Shown: positions 36,732 to 47,078, counted from the first letter of the stretch. The stretch: DNA of 64,000 nt from Candidatus Kaiserbacteria bacterium CG10_big_fil_rev_8_21_14_0_10_47_16 (GCA_002773395.1 PFBI01000006.1:242797-306796); one strand, 5' to 3'. The notes: a model not told the origin generated them from the sequence alone. Numbers and translations: made by a program.

Positions 36732-37829
36732 ATGAACTACGTTATACAACCTAGCACTCAAGACCCTGAGCCTTCAGATATACCCAAGTCTGGCCAGACG
36801 ACATATTCTCACGTAAAGCATATTCTTGTTGAAATGCTTCCTATTGTGATACTCGTTGTTGCCCCGCTATCTGTGCATGCGGGTGTTTTTTCTTCATTTC
36901 TAAACGGGAGTGTTGTGTACTATCAACAAGATCCGATCTTCGCAAATGCGCAAACGGAAAGTCTTCTCAAGGCGGCGAACCATACTGACCCAAACCCAGC
37001 AAAAGGCGGCGGTGATATTTTAATAGAAGACGGTGCGCTTGTAGCCGAATCACTCAGTGACGGGACTGATAGTGTGAACTCGCGTACGGCAAACGGTGAG
37101 ATTAGTGTGTACGTCGTACGCGAGGGTGACACGCTTTCACAAATCGCACAGATGTTTGATGTGTCTCCAAATACTATTCTGTGGGCGAACGACATCACGG
37201 ACCCGAGTATTATTCGTCCCGGGAAAGAGCTCGTCATTCTCCCTATCACGGGTGTACGTCACATCGTAAAGAAAGGTGACACGATTGCCACCATCGCGAA
37301 GAAGTACGACGGTGACGCGGAAGAAATCATTGCATACAACCGCCTTGCATCAGCACAAGATATTAGTGTTGGTGATACCGTGGTGATCCCAAGTGGTGTA
37401 GTCGCAGCTCCTTCACTCTCAAAGACTACGAGTGGTTCGCGAACTTCAACGAGTGGGTCTGCAGTTGCAACAGGAAGTGGCAGTAGCGGATTCATCAATC
37501 CTCTCCCCGGCTCAGTAAAGACACAAGGTATCCACGGATACAACGGCGTCGACCTCTCTGGTGTCTCTGTTGGAACAGCAGTACGTGCTGCAGCGAGTGG
37601 ATCAGTTATTGTAGCGAAAGCATCTGGATGGAACGGTGGCTACGGAAGTTATATCGTTATTAAACACTCAAATGGAACACAGACGCTCTATGCCCACCTT
37701 TCATCTGTCTCTGTTTCTGTAGGACAGCAAGTTTCTGCAGGCGCAACAATTGGTGGTATGGGTAACTCAGGAAAGTCGACAGGGCCACACCTTCACTTTG
37801 AAGTTCGTGGAGCAAGTAACCCATTCTAA
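36732..37829 (+). CDS. LysM-domain M23 family peptidase (LytM-like); likely start at ATG 36834 with a signal peptide
   Basis: Two LysM domains ('YVVREGDTLSQIAQMF', 'HIVKKGDTIATIAKKY') and an M23 catalytic region 'GVDL...GSYIVIKHSNGTQTLYAHL...GNSGKSTGPHLHFEV'. Confidence 0.85.
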   Translation: MNYVIQPSTQDPEPSDIPKSGQTTYSHVKHILVEMLPIVILVVAPLSVHAGVFSSFLNGSVVYYQQDPIFANAQTESLLKAANHTDPNPAKGGGDILIEDGALVAESLSDGTDSVNSRTANGEISVYVVREGDTLSQIAQMFDVSPNTILWANDITDPSIIRPGKELVILPITGVRHIVKKGDTIATIAKKYDGDAEEIIAYNRLASAQDISVGDTVVIPSGVVAAPSLSKTTSGSRTSTSGSAVATGSGSSGFINPLPGSVKTQGIHGYNGVDLSGVSVGTAVRAAASGSVIVAKASGWNGGYGSYIVIKHSNGTQTLYAHLSSVSVSVGQQVSAGATIGGMGNSGKSTGPHLHFEVRGASNPF

Positions 37830-37835
37830 TATTTA

Positions 37836-37878
37836 AAACAAAGGTCCCGTGAGCGTAGCTCACGGGACCTTTGTTTTT
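37836..37878 (+). terminator. Rho-independent terminator (14 bp perfect stem)
   Basis: 'aaaggtcccgtgagc-gta-gctcacgggaccttt' followed by a T-run. Confidence 0.75.
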
Positions 37879-37894
37879 AAAGCTTCAACGTCAG

Positions 37895-37982
37895 GTTTCT
37901 AAGCTCACTACGTTCGCTAAGAACCTCCTGTCCGGGCTCGCAATCGCCGCATTAGGAATAGCGGCGATATAGCTCCGCCGGG
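37895..37982. repeat. Intergenic repeat family member A
   Basis: Shares 'c.ctacg.t.g...ctaag.ac.tcct.tccgggctcgc' and 'cattaggaatag...gctccg' with the copies at 45.7, 49.7 and 57.2 kb. Confidence 0.5.
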
Positions 37983-38015
37983 TGAAACTAAAAAATATGA
38001 AGCAGTTCATATTTT

Positions 38016-39530
38016 TTAAAGTTTCACCCTATATTGCAGCGCTTCTAGAATATGGGGTGGTTCGATATTTTCCTTCTCATCAAGATCCGCTATTGTCTGC
38101 GCCACCTTGATCACTCGGTGGTAGCTGCGGGGCGAGAGCTTGAGTTTCGTTGCTGACATCCGTAAAAGGTCACGAACTTCGTCGGACAATACTATCTTTT
38201 CATCAATGACTCGCGCAGACATTTCTGCGTTCGCGGTAATGCCTCTGCCCTCAAACCGTTTCTGTTGTCGCGTTCGTGCGGCCGCTATCTGTTCTCGAGC
38301 GCGAGCAGTTTCTCCCGTGCGTGCATTCTCACTCGTCATCGTATCAAAATCAACATGTGGCACTGGAAGCCACAAATCAATACGGTCCAGAATCGGGCCT
38401 GATATTTTCTGTTTATAGGTCTCAAGCATTTGGTCGGTGTAATTGCCGCCATCATCTCCTCCGCGCGTTGGATTCATCGCTGCTACGAGCATGACGTCTG
38501 CAGGAAAGAGTACGGTGGAGTGAACACGTGAAATAGAAACGACTCGATCTTCAAGTGGTTGGCGGAGTGCGTCAATCGAGCGCCGTTCAAATTCAGGAAA
38601 CTCGTCGAGAAACAGTACGCCTCTATGTGCGAGTGTTACTTCCCCTGGTTTCGGGTGAGTGCCACCCCCAACAAGCGACGTGTGCGATGCGGTGTGATGG
38701 GGACTTCGAAACGGCGGCTTCCGCGAAATACCTTCTTCGAGTGTTCCTGCCACGGAATGGATCGCTGTTACTTCGAGTGCCTCCTCGGTAGTAAGTGGTG
38801 GAAGAATACCTTGGAGCGCACGCGCCAGCATTGTCTTTCCTGTCCCCGGTGGTCCAACGAAGATAATATTATGTCGCCCTGCTGCAGCGATAAGCAGTCC
38901 ACGCTTCGCGCTTTCCTGTCCGCGGATATCTTCAAGACGAATGATACCTTCATCCCAGAGTGTTTCGATTTGTGTTGGTGATTGCGAAGGAATGGTTGCA
39001 TGATCTTCCCGTGTTGCATCAATGTGTCTGATAACAGCAAGTAGATTTTCAGCAGGTGTCACGGTAATCCCCGGGATCAATGCTGATTCTTCTGCATTCT
39101 CCATTGGCACAATGACTTCAGTGAAGCCTGCGCGCACTGCCGCTTGCACAACAGGTAGCACGCCCCGTACTCCGCGGAGCGTTCCATCGAGCGCCAACTC
39201 ACCGACCAATAACGTGCGGTCAATTGATACCGTAATTTCTTCGGCAGCAATGAGATACGCAATCGCAATCGGTAAGTCAAAAAGCGGCCCCTCTTTCTTT
39301 AAATCTGCAGGTGCAAGTGAGACAACAATTTTATGATTTTCACTCTTTGGTGACGTAAACCCAGAATTTTTGATAGCGCTACTCACACGATCCTTCGCTT
39401 CTTCCACCGCCTTGCCCGCAAGCCCAACAAGCTGGAACGAATGCAGACCTCGTGAGAGGTCTGCTTCTACCGTGACGATATCTCCCCGAAGAATTCCTGG
39501 CTGTGCGGCAAAAACTCGGGCAACTGACAT
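38016..39530 (-). CDS. comM: Mg-chelatase-like AAA+ protein YifB/ComM
   Basis: Lon-like N-domain, Walker A 'FVGPPGTGKTMLA', Walker B 'VLFLDEFPEF', a ChlI-like C-terminus. Confidence 0.85.
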   Translation of the reverse strand: MSVARVFAAQPGILRGDIVTVEADLSRGLHSFQLVGLAGKAVEEAKDRVSSAIKNSGFTSPKSENHKIVVSLAPADLKKEGPLFDLPIAIAYLIAAEEITVSIDRTLLVGELALDGTLRGVRGVLPVVQAAVRAGFTEVIVPMENAEESALIPGITVTPAENLLAVIRHIDATREDHATIPSQSPTQIETLWDEGIIRLEDIRGQESAKRGLLIAAAGRHNIIFVGPPGTGKTMLARALQGILPPLTTEEALEVTAIHSVAGTLEEGISRKPPFRSPHHTASHTSLVGGGTHPKPGEVTLAHRGVLFLDEFPEFERRSIDALRQPLEDRVVSISRVHSTVLFPADVMLVAAMNPTRGGDDGGNYTDQMLETYKQKISGPILDRIDLWLPVPHVDFDTMTSENARTGETARAREQIAAARTRQQKRFEGRGITANAEMSARVIDEKIVLSDEVRDLLRMSATKLKLSPRSYHRVIKVAQTIADLDEKENIEPPHILEALQYRVKL

Positions 39531-39541
39531 GACTGAGTATA

Positions 39542-39919
39542 TTAGTTTGGAAGGTTAGCTTCTTCTTCTATGTGCGCTTTGCAAGTACGAGCTGCAGGAT
39601 TTGCGTCGAGACGGTCTGTCTCAATTTCTTCTCCTCCTATTTCACACACTCCGTATGTTCCCGCTTCAATATTTGCTAATGCGTGGGTGATGTTGTTGTA
39701 CCGTGTTTCAAGTACCGCAACAGTCGCCTTTCGCTCATCCCATTCTTCCGTGCGATCTGCCACATCGAGTGGATCAGCGTTCGACGTTCCTAAATCTTTC
39801 GTTGTCTCTATCCAGTTTTCAGTATTTTTTGGATCATGAATCCCTATCTCAGTGAGGTCCGCAGTTAATTCTGCAAGCAGTTCTTCAAGCTGTGTTTTAT
39901 ATTTCTGTGTATCTATCAT
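39542..39919 (-). CDS. DksA/TraR-family (general stress protein 16O-like) zinc-finger protein
   Basis: Coiled-coil N-terminus and a 'AL.RIE.GTYG.CE..GEEI...RL.A.P.A..C..C' C-terminus. Confidence 0.6.
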   Translation of the reverse strand: MIDTQKYKTQLEELLAELTADLTEIGIHDPKNTENWIETTKDLGTSNADPLDVADRTEEWDERKATVAVLETRYNNITHALANIEAGTYGVCEIGGEEIETDRLDANPAARTCKAHIEEEANLPN

Positions 39920-39945
39920 AGATATATGGTATCACGAGGTATCTA

Positions 39946-41586
39946 TTACTGAAAAGCTGCTGCAATAGAGGCGAAGGCTTCTTCGGTTGTGGTGATGATG
40001 AGTGTATTTTGATTCAGGAAACCGTAGGTAATGTGCGCAGTAAGCGCTTCATCATAGAGTACACGAACGTTATGTCCTGATACCGTTCGATCGATGAAGC
40101 GTATGCCCGCAGGCTGTCCAAAGAGTGGCGAGAGATCTTGGCTCATGAATGATTCCCACTCAAGCATATTTGCGAATACCGTATCGAAGTTGTTTGTCTT
40201 CAATACCATGTACGGATGTACGCCCGATGTCTTGATACCACCGATCATCATGCGATCATCGAATGCTCTGACGAGACTACTCTGCACATGCGGGTTCAGC
40301 ACCGCAAAGAAATCTCCAGACGTCCATGCAATTGGATTTGCGGTACCGGGAGCAGTGAACACTATCTGACTCTCTGCGCCTGACTGCTGCGCAATAGCAT
40401 TTTGAATACCCCCGAGAAGCGCTGCGCGATCACTCGCGAGAGGAACTGAGAGCGATGAGTCGGTCGCAAAGAATCCAGCAACTGGTTGTGGTTGCGCATT
40501 CTGTCCTTGTGAACGAATGAACGTGTACCCTGCTGTTCCCGCTCCCCCAAGAAGCACAATGGCAAGAAGCACAATGAGGATCTTCCCAATAGAATAATTT
40601 TCTATAAAGCGCGCAAACGCACTCGGACCTTTGGGGACGCTTGGTATTTCTTTCTTCTCTTCGATGATTTTCTTTGGAATCTCAGGTTCAGGAATCGGTT
40701 CTGGCTCTTCTACGATCTCTGGTTCGGGAGTAGGTGGCGGGATAACGGGTTCTGGAACCGGCTCTGGTATTGGTTCCGGAATTGGTTCAGGAATCGGTTC
40801 TGGCTCTTTGACTGGTTGTGGCACAGGGATTGGTTCAGGCTCTGGTATTGAAATAGGTTCTGGTACCGGAGTTGGTACTGGTGCAGGCGCCTGCGTAGGA
40901 GTCTGCGCTTGCGGCTCTGGTCGTGGCGCCACTACCGGAGGTTTCGCTTCTACCCCTGGAGTGCGCTCCGTTATCGTACGCGCAATAAGATCTGGTTTTT
41001 CTTTTATAACTTTTTCCTCACGTCCGCCGAGGAAGTGTGACCATGATGGGCTTTCTTCTTCTCTGTCCTTTTTCTGAATAACAAACGGTTTCCCGGTCAC
41101 TCGTTCTGCATCTTGCTGAAGTGTACGAATACTCGCAAGTACCGCCGATCGATCGTTCGGTTCGGGAGTGAGTTTGTTGGTCACCGCTTCCGTGACTATC
41201 TGTACCCGCTCAGTCCCTGGAGCAACGGTTGGCACTTCCTTTTTCTTTGGGATCATCGGTGTGACGACTGCTTTTGTGGTATCACCTACGATTTCTGAGG
41301 CAGCATCCCTCATTGCCCCAAAGATAGAGCGCCGTGAACGTTGCTTGTCAGTCACAATCACTGCATCGTCCTCAGAGCTTTTCTCTGAAATATTCACGGT
41401 ACTGTCTGCTCCCGAAAGGAGTGAGTTCTTCTCCTCAGCATGGTGCATCGGAGGATTGGCGGGGGCACTGCTCGAAAACGCTGCCTTTGCTTTTGCAGCG
41501 TCAGTTGCCATTGTGTGCACTCCGTTATTCGGTTTCGATGATGACTTTTCGTCCATACAATATGTATAGTATCGCATACGCGACAT
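39946..41586 (-). CDS. Proline-rich (PEPIPEPIPE tandem repeat) membrane protein
   Basis: 'PEPISIPEPEPIPVPQPVKEPEPIPEPIPEPIPEPVPEPV' encoded by 9/18 bp tandem DNA repeats at about 40690-40900, followed by a TM helix and a C-terminal domain. Confidence 0.5.
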   Translation of the reverse strand: MSRMRYYTYCMDEKSSSKPNNGVHTMATDAAKAKAAFSSSAPANPPMHHAEEKNSLLSGADSTVNISEKSSEDDAVIVTDKQRSRRSIFGAMRDAASEIVGDTTKAVVTPMIPKKKEVPTVAPGTERVQIVTEAVTNKLTPEPNDRSAVLASIRTLQQDAERVTGKPFVIQKKDREEESPSWSHFLGGREEKVIKEKPDLIARTITERTPGVEAKPPVVAPRPEPQAQTPTQAPAPVPTPVPEPISIPEPEPIPVPQPVKEPEPIPEPIPEPIPEPVPEPVIPPPTPEPEIVEEPEPIPEPEIPKKIIEEKKEIPSVPKGPSAFARFIENYSIGKILIVLLAIVLLGGAGTAGYTFIRSQGQNAQPQPVAGFFATDSSLSVPLASDRAALLGGIQNAIAQQSGAESQIVFTAPGTANPIAWTSGDFFAVLNPHVQSSLVRAFDDRMMIGGIKTSGVHPYMVLKTNNFDTVFANMLEWESFMSQDLSPLFGQPAGIRFIDRTVSGHNVRVLYDEALTAHITYGFLNQNTLIITTTEEAFASIAAAFQ

Positions 41587-41656
41587 GATCCTCTGTACAC
41601 CATATCGGGAAAACGCCCTGCAGCTAAAAGCTGCAGGGCGTTTCTATTCGAAGAAA

Positions 41657-43789
41657 TTAATTATGTTCGGGAGCGGTGAGGCCTTTCTTCGCGCCAAACT
41701 CTGGGTCAACCTGCTTGATAGAAAGTCCAACCTTTCCATCTTCCACCTTCGTCACAACAACAGAAACGGTCTCACCTTCTGCAAGCACACCATCGAGATC
41801 CTCAAGTCGCCACGGCACGATCTCTGAAATATGAATGAGCCCTTCCGTGGAACCATTGAGGCGTGCAAACGCACCAAACGGCGCGATGCGTGTAATCACT
41901 GCATCCATCTTCTCCCCTACCGCAAAGACGCGAGTGAGTTCGCGGATACGCTCCGCGGCCTTCTCTGCAGTTCCGTCCTTACCGGTAATATATATCGTTC
42001 CGTCTTCTTCAATAGAAATTTCCTGTACGCCGGTATCGTCCTTGATTCCGTTAATTGTTTTTCCGCCACCGCCGATGACGAGTCCAATCTGCGATGACAG
42101 AATACTGAGCGTAATAATCTTTGGCGCACGCGGTGAAATGTCTGGTCGATGTGTTGGCATTTCTTTCTCCATCACCTCAATAATCTGCAAGCGTGCCTGC
42201 TTTGCTTTCTCAAGTGCTTCCCCAAGAATTTTCACAGGAATACCGCCCACCTTCACATCCATCTGCATCGCCGTCACTCCCTCTCGTGTTCCTGCAACTT
42301 TAAAGTCCATATCACCGTGTTCATCTTCCGGACCTTGGATGTCGGTGAGGAGTGCATACTTCTCAGGACTTTCCATCATGAGTCCTGATGCAATACCCGC
42401 AACGTGGCGCATGATTGGCACACCGCCGTCGAGCAGTGCGAGCGTTGAGCCACACACCGATCCCATTGATGATGATCCATTCGATGCCATCGTTTCTGAA
42501 ACCAAACGAATCGTGTATGGAAATTCATCCTTCGGAGGAATAACGGGCACGAGCGCCTTTTCTGCGAGAGCGCCGTGCCCAATCATACGACGATTAAAAC
42601 CGCCAACACGCCCTGCCTCCCCCACTGAAAATGGTGGGAAGTTGTAGTGGTGCATGAATCGCTTCTTTACGTCACGTTCCTCCATCGAATCAATGAGCTG
42701 TGAGTCTTCAGGGCCGCCGAGTGTGAGCGCGGTGAAGATATGTGTTCCTCCGCGGTAGAAGATACCGCTTCCATGAAGGACCGGGGACACGCCGCCGGCC
42801 TGTGCGTAGAGGCTTCGCACTTCATCCATAGCACGACCATCCGCTCGCTTCCCCTCTTCAAGAGCTCCGCGATGAAGTTCGGCGTCGATCGCATGTTCAA
42901 ACATATCCGCGGCCATACCATTGTTTGGATTTTCTATCTGTTCTTTGAGAAGCGTAAACCATTCATCTTTCAGTTCGTAAAGATGCGCTTTTCCCGGCTT
43001 CTCCGAAAAAAGCACTGCAGAGAGTTTTGGAAGAATCGCTGAATCAAAGAGAGCTTGTACATCTTCCGGAATCTCCTTCGATTTGATAGCGCGCTTTTCT
43101 TTCCCAATCTCTGCAATAATATCCTGCTGGAATTTCAGAAGTGTGTTGTGAATTTTCACAGATTCTTCAAGTGCTGCAAGTATCTCACTCTCAGAGACCT
43201 CATTCCCTGCAGTCTCAATCATGTTTACATTGCCATCTTTCCCACAAGCAAGCACCTCGAGTGGAAGCGCTCCTTCTGCACGCTCTTTGTACGTAGGATT
43301 GAAGACCCAATTGCCGGCGATGTCCTTCCCGATACGTACTGCGCCAACAGGGCCTGCCCACGGAATGTTTGAGGTAGCAAGTGCAAGTGATGCACCAATA
43401 ACACCGAGCACGTCTGGGTCATCTTCACCCATTGCGAGCACGGTGATAACCACCTGCACGTCATACCGAATACTATGATCAAAGAGCGGTCTGATGGTAC
43501 GGTCAACAATACGCGCAGAGAGTACTGCTTCATCACTCGGCCGTCCTTCTCGTCGCATAAAGCGACTGCCGAGAATTTGTCCTGCAGCATAAAACTTTTC
43601 CTCAAAGTCTACCGAGAGTGGAAAATACGGCATGCCCGGCTTTTCTTCTTCACCCATGACTGCGGTTACGAGCACCACTGTCTCTCCCATACGAAGCATG
43701 ACTGAGCCGTGTGCGTGTTCGGTAAGGTCAGTAAAGTCTGCGGTGAGGGTCTTCCCCGCAATGTCTACCGAATATGATTTCTTTTGCAT
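41657..43789 (-). CDS. pnp: Polyribonucleotide nucleotidyltransferase (PNPase)
   Basis: Two RNase PH domains, plus KH and S1 domains ('GKVGLSIKQ'). 710 aa. Confidence 0.95.
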   Translation of the reverse strand: MQKKSYSVDIAGKTLTADFTDLTEHAHGSVMLRMGETVVLVTAVMGEEEKPGMPYFPLSVDFEEKFYAAGQILGSRFMRREGRPSDEAVLSARIVDRTIRPLFDHSIRYDVQVVITVLAMGEDDPDVLGVIGASLALATSNIPWAGPVGAVRIGKDIAGNWVFNPTYKERAEGALPLEVLACGKDGNVNMIETAGNEVSESEILAALEESVKIHNTLLKFQQDIIAEIGKEKRAIKSKEIPEDVQALFDSAILPKLSAVLFSEKPGKAHLYELKDEWFTLLKEQIENPNNGMAADMFEHAIDAELHRGALEEGKRADGRAMDEVRSLYAQAGGVSPVLHGSGIFYRGGTHIFTALTLGGPEDSQLIDSMEERDVKKRFMHHYNFPPFSVGEAGRVGGFNRRMIGHGALAEKALVPVIPPKDEFPYTIRLVSETMASNGSSSMGSVCGSTLALLDGGVPIMRHVAGIASGLMMESPEKYALLTDIQGPEDEHGDMDFKVAGTREGVTAMQMDVKVGGIPVKILGEALEKAKQARLQIIEVMEKEMPTHRPDISPRAPKIITLSILSSQIGLVIGGGGKTINGIKDDTGVQEISIEEDGTIYITGKDGTAEKAAERIRELTRVFAVGEKMDAVITRIAPFGAFARLNGSTEGLIHISEIVPWRLEDLDGVLAEGETVSVVVTKVEDGKVGLSIKQVDPEFGAKKGLTAPEHN

Positions 43790-43935
43790 TATAAATTTAC
43801 GTCTTAGGAGCGGTACAGGCTCCAGAGTACAACACTATACGTTGAAACCTGCCTGCCTATATCGCTCACTGATAACACGCCTAGTGTACCAAATATAAAA
43901 AAGCGGCGGAAGGCACTCTGCCTTCCGCCACATAT

Positions 43936-44412
43936 TCAGTGCAACAGCACGCCGTCTTCGAGCATGCATGATGCCAATCGCTCCATAATTGTGGCGCCAA
44001 TACCTCTAAACTTTGGATCGTCCCCCGAGACGCTCTTTTGCGCCCAGTAGAGGAGGACGCGCTTGTTTGCAACAGAACGGAACGTCCCGACACGTGCGAG
44101 ATTTTTATGTTTACTTCCTCGCTTCGCGAAAGAGTGGAACGTATCTGCCAGACGTGCAACCTGAGTCGCATACATTCCTTTTTCCAAGAGACGCGGAGCG
44201 ATCGATTGGATGTAATCGCTGAGAAGCATTGCCTCGTCTATGCTGTTGCGACGTTCGAGCGTTTTGATCAAATCCTCGATGACACGAGGATCACGACCAG
44301 ACGCATCGACCAACTGTTGGAGAGCGACCGCCATCGGTCCTTCAGCACGAAACACATGTTTACTCATGGTATTCCCCACTAATGTAACTATTCTACCGGC
44401 ACTATACTCCAA
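43936..44412 (-). CDS. Hypothetical protein
   Basis: ORF only. No recognisable motifs. Confidence 0.3.
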   Translation of the reverse strand: MEYSAGRIVTLVGNTMSKHVFRAEGPMAVALQQLVDASGRDPRVIEDLIKTLERRNSIDEAMLLSDYIQSIAPRLLEKGMYATQVARLADTFHSFAKRGSKHKNLARVGTFRSVANKRVLLYWAQKSVSGDDPKFRGIGATIMERLASCMLEDGVLLH

Positions 44413-44459
44413 AAAGCCGCGGCACGAAAGTGCCGCGGCTTTTTGGAATGGAGAAGAAA

Positions 44460-45035
44460 TTATCCTTCAATATCATCAGTGTCGGTACCGACAATGTGTT
44501 GAATTTGTCGTTTGAATCCTCCGCGCTGTCGATATCCGATAAGATATTTCTTCGGGTCTTCATCAAGGTCGGTAAATTCATCCACAAACTCTCGGAGCTT
44601 TGATGAACATGAACGACCAAAGGTAATGGCCTCAATCTGGCATCCCTCTGAACGTACATATTCGACAAGTGGAATGAAGTCGCCGTCTCCGGTTGCAATT
44701 ACGATTGCATCTACCTTGCTTGCGACTTTAACGGCATCAATAGCCATTCCAACGTCCCAATCGGCTTTCTTTGCGCCACCGTAAAAGATCTGAAGATCCT
44801 TCGTTTTTACTTCGATGCCTATTTTTTCAAGTGCTTCGAAAAATGGTTGCTCTTCACCTGATTCGGTAGTGACCACGTACGCTTGTGCGCGCACGAGCTT
44901 ACGTCCTCCAACTGCTGTTTTTACAATAGCATCGAAGTTTGCTTTCGCTTTATAAAGGTTTTTTGCACTGTGGTAGAGGTTTTGTGTATCAATAAAAATT
45001 GCCACACGTTGCTCTGGGTGTTTTATAACTGACAT
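44460..45035 (-). CDS. NYN/LabA-like (DUF88) domain protein
   Basis: 'RVAIFIDTQNLYHS' with conserved Asp residues typical of NYN ribonuclease-like domains. Confidence 0.65.
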   Translation of the reverse strand: MSVIKHPEQRVAIFIDTQNLYHSAKNLYKAKANFDAIVKTAVGGRKLVRAQAYVVTTESGEEQPFFEALEKIGIEVKTKDLQIFYGGAKKADWDVGMAIDAVKVASKVDAIVIATGDGDFIPLVEYVRSEGCQIEAITFGRSCSSKLREFVDEFTDLDEDPKKYLIGYRQRGGFKRQIQHIVGTDTDDIEG

Positions 45036-45171
45036 AGAGTATATCGTTTGAATTATTAAAAAGTGAAACAGCGCTTCACGCTTCGACTATGAAAATGGGT
45101 GCTGTTCCACTCGTACTATAACATAATGCGCGTCCCCGAAGGGAACGCGCATTATGTCCTGCATGAAGATA

Positions 45172-45438
45172 TTACTTCTTGATGCCGAGCTTCTTGATGA
45201 GTGCAGCGTATGCCTTTGCATCTTTTCGCTCGAGGTACTTAAGGTGCTTGCGGCGATCCGCAACCATCTGAAGTAGTCCACGACGTGAGTGAAAATCCTT
45301 ACCGTGCTTCTTGAGGTGCTTTGAAAGCTCATCAATTTGCTTTGTGAGAATTGATACCTGAACTTCTGGTGAACCAGTGTCAGAATCATGACGCTTCACG
45401 TCTTTTATTACGTTCTCTTTCTTTCGTTTGGTCAACAT
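45172..45438 (-). CDS. rpsO: 30S ribosomal protein S15
   Basis: An 89 aa protein with 'DTGSPEVQVSILTKQI..L..HLK.H.KD.HSRRGLL'. Confidence 0.9.
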   Translation of the reverse strand: MLTKRKKENVIKDVKRHDSDTGSPEVQVSILTKQIDELSKHLKKHGKDFHSRRGLLQMVADRRKHLKYLERKDAKAYAALIKKLGIKK

Positions 45439-45640
45439 ATTCGATATTGTAAAATGAAATATATAGTTCTGCGAGGTAGATAGCCCTCTCGAAGGTGGGA
45501 CTACTTTACCACAAATTGACAGGGAATGCAAGCATAAGACCGGTGAGAAAATGGCGTCTGCTCGCCATTTTTAGGTTACACAAAAGGCCGGCGTGTAACG
45601 CCGGCCTTTTGTAAAACCTAAAATAAAGGCTTATTTTACC

Positions 45641-45813
45641 TCTTCTTCCTTTTGAAGCGGAAGGGTCAAGTTGCTAAGTATAATTCTTCGCTACGCTTGA
45701 ATTCTACTAAGCACTTCCTCCCCGGGCTCGCCTGTTTTGTTTCTAGAAACGAAACAAAACACGGCTCCGCCTCTTACCCACTTCACGAAAGCAAAGCAGT
45801 TTGCTTTCTAAAA
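45641..45813. repeat. Intergenic repeat family member B (directly downstream of the rplE stop, where the spc operon breaks)
   Basis: The 69 nt core 'gggtcaagttgctaagtataattcttcgctacgcttgaattctactaagcacttcctccccgggctcgc' differs from copy C (57202-57270) by 3 nt. It also contains the hairpin 'gttttgtttc-taga-aacgaaacaaaac'. Confidence 0.65.
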
Positions 45814-45819
45814 GCCTCC

Positions 45820-46359
45820 CTATTCGGTCGGCTTTTGAAGTGGCAAGCCAATGTGTCGGAGAACTGCTTCTGCTTCCTCCTTTGACTTTGCTGATGTAAC
45901 AATTGTTACTGCAAACCCAAAAGCGTCCTTGAGTTCATCATCTGCTGTTTCTGGGAAAATACTGTGCTCTGGAATACCGAGCGTATAGTTCCCCATTTCA
46001 TCAATCGCTGAAACCTTAAGACCGCGGAAGTCGCGAGTACTTGGAAGTGCAATGTGTATAAGCTTATCAAGGAAGTGATGCATTCGGGCTCCACGAAGTG
46101 TTACCTGAAATCCAATCACGTCTCCCTCTCGAAGTTTAAAGCTTGCAATAGATTGCTTCGCCTTACGTGGTGCAACTTTCTGACCAGTAATAAGTGCGAG
46201 ACGATTCTGAATCAACTGAATCTTCTGTTTATCTGCAACCTTACCAATACCTGTTGAGATCACCACCTTCTCGATACGCGGTGTTTGCATAACATTCACA
46301 TATCCAAACCCTTCTTTCAGGGTATCAAATGCTGTCTGTAATTTTTCTTTTATAATCAT
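45820..46359 (-). CDS. rplE: 50S ribosomal protein L5
   Basis: L5 signature 'GIGKVADKQKI...ITGQK' and 'REGDVIGFQVTLRG'. Confidence 0.9.
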   Translation of the reverse strand: MIIKEKLQTAFDTLKEGFGYVNVMQTPRIEKVVISTGIGKVADKQKIQLIQNRLALITGQKVAPRKAKQSIASFKLREGDVIGFQVTLRGARMHHFLDKLIHIALPSTRDFRGLKVSAIDEMGNYTLGIPEHSIFPETADDELKDAFGFAVTIVTSAKSKEEAEAVLRHIGLPLQKPTE

Positions 46360-46369
46360 ATGCGTATAT

Positions 46370-46687
46370 TTATGCTTTTTCACCGCTTGGGCGTACGACG
46401 CGAACCTTTTTCGCATCCTTGCCTTCGCCTTCTACATTGTATCCAATTCGACCGGGTTTATCTGTTTTTCCATCTTTGAGTCCAACGTTCGATACGTGAA
46501 TCGGCATTGGCTTCTTGATGATTTGCCCCTGTGAGCCACGAGTACGTGACTTTTGGTGCTTCGTCATGATGTTGATTCCTTCAACGACCACCATCTCTGT
46601 CTTTGGGAATGCGTGCACAACGCTTCCACTCTTACCTTTGTCTTTGCCAGAAATGACAATAACATGGTCTCCTTTCTTGATTTTCAT
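46370..46687 (-). CDS. rplX: 50S ribosomal protein L24
   Basis: KOW motif 'IKKGDHVIVISGKDKGKSG'. Confidence 0.9.
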   Translation of the reverse strand: MKIKKGDHVIVISGKDKGKSGSVVHAFPKTEMVVVEGINIMTKHQKSRTRGSQGQIIKKPMPIHVSNVGLKDGKTDKPGRIGYNVEGEGKDAKKVRVVRPSGEKA

Positions 46688-46702
46688 AACAATAAAATAA
46701 GA

Positions 46703-47074
46703 TTAGACAACCTCGGGTGCGAGGGACACAATTTTCTGATAACCAGCTTCTGCAATTTCTCGTGGAATCGGACCGAACACTCGGTTTGCCCGTGGTTCTT
46801 TCTTCGTCTTTTCGACGAGTACCACTGCATTCTCATCGAAACTCACGTACGATCCGTCTTTTCGACGAAACGGCTTCTTCTGACGTACGACAATTCCGTA
46901 CACGATGTCTTTCTTCTTCACTTGCTTTCGTGGTTCTGCTACCTGAATAGAAAGCACTACCATTTCACCAAGTTCTGCGTATCGCTTCTTTGAACCGCCG
47001 AGCACTTTGAAGACTCGTCCGATCTTACCGCCGGAGTTGTCTGCAATTTTAACGATAGTCTGTGGTTGAATCAT
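46703..47074 (-). CDS. rplN: 50S ribosomal protein L14
   Basis: 'MIQPQTIVKIADNSGGK'. Confidence 0.9.
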   Translation of the reverse strand: MIQPQTIVKIADNSGGKIGRVFKVLGGSKKRYAELGEMVVLSIQVAEPRKQVKKKDIVYGIVVRQKKPFRRKDGSYVSFDENAVVLVEKTKKEPRANRVFGPIPREIAEAGYQKIVSLAPEVV

Positions 47075-47078
47075 AAGC

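Noticed and set aside
40631-41077. 148 aa Gly/Ser/Ile-repeat plus-strand ORF
   Set aside because: Antisense shadow of the PEPI repeat region of the proline-rich protein.
41835-42647. 270 aa plus-strand ORF inside pnp
   Set aside because: It lies entirely antisense to a strongly supported PNPase gene, with Ser/Pro-rich composition and no motifs.
45652-45885. 77 aa ORF spanning repeat B and the rplE 3' end
   Set aside because: It overlaps the rplE coding sequence and the repeat element, and the frame stays open only by chance.
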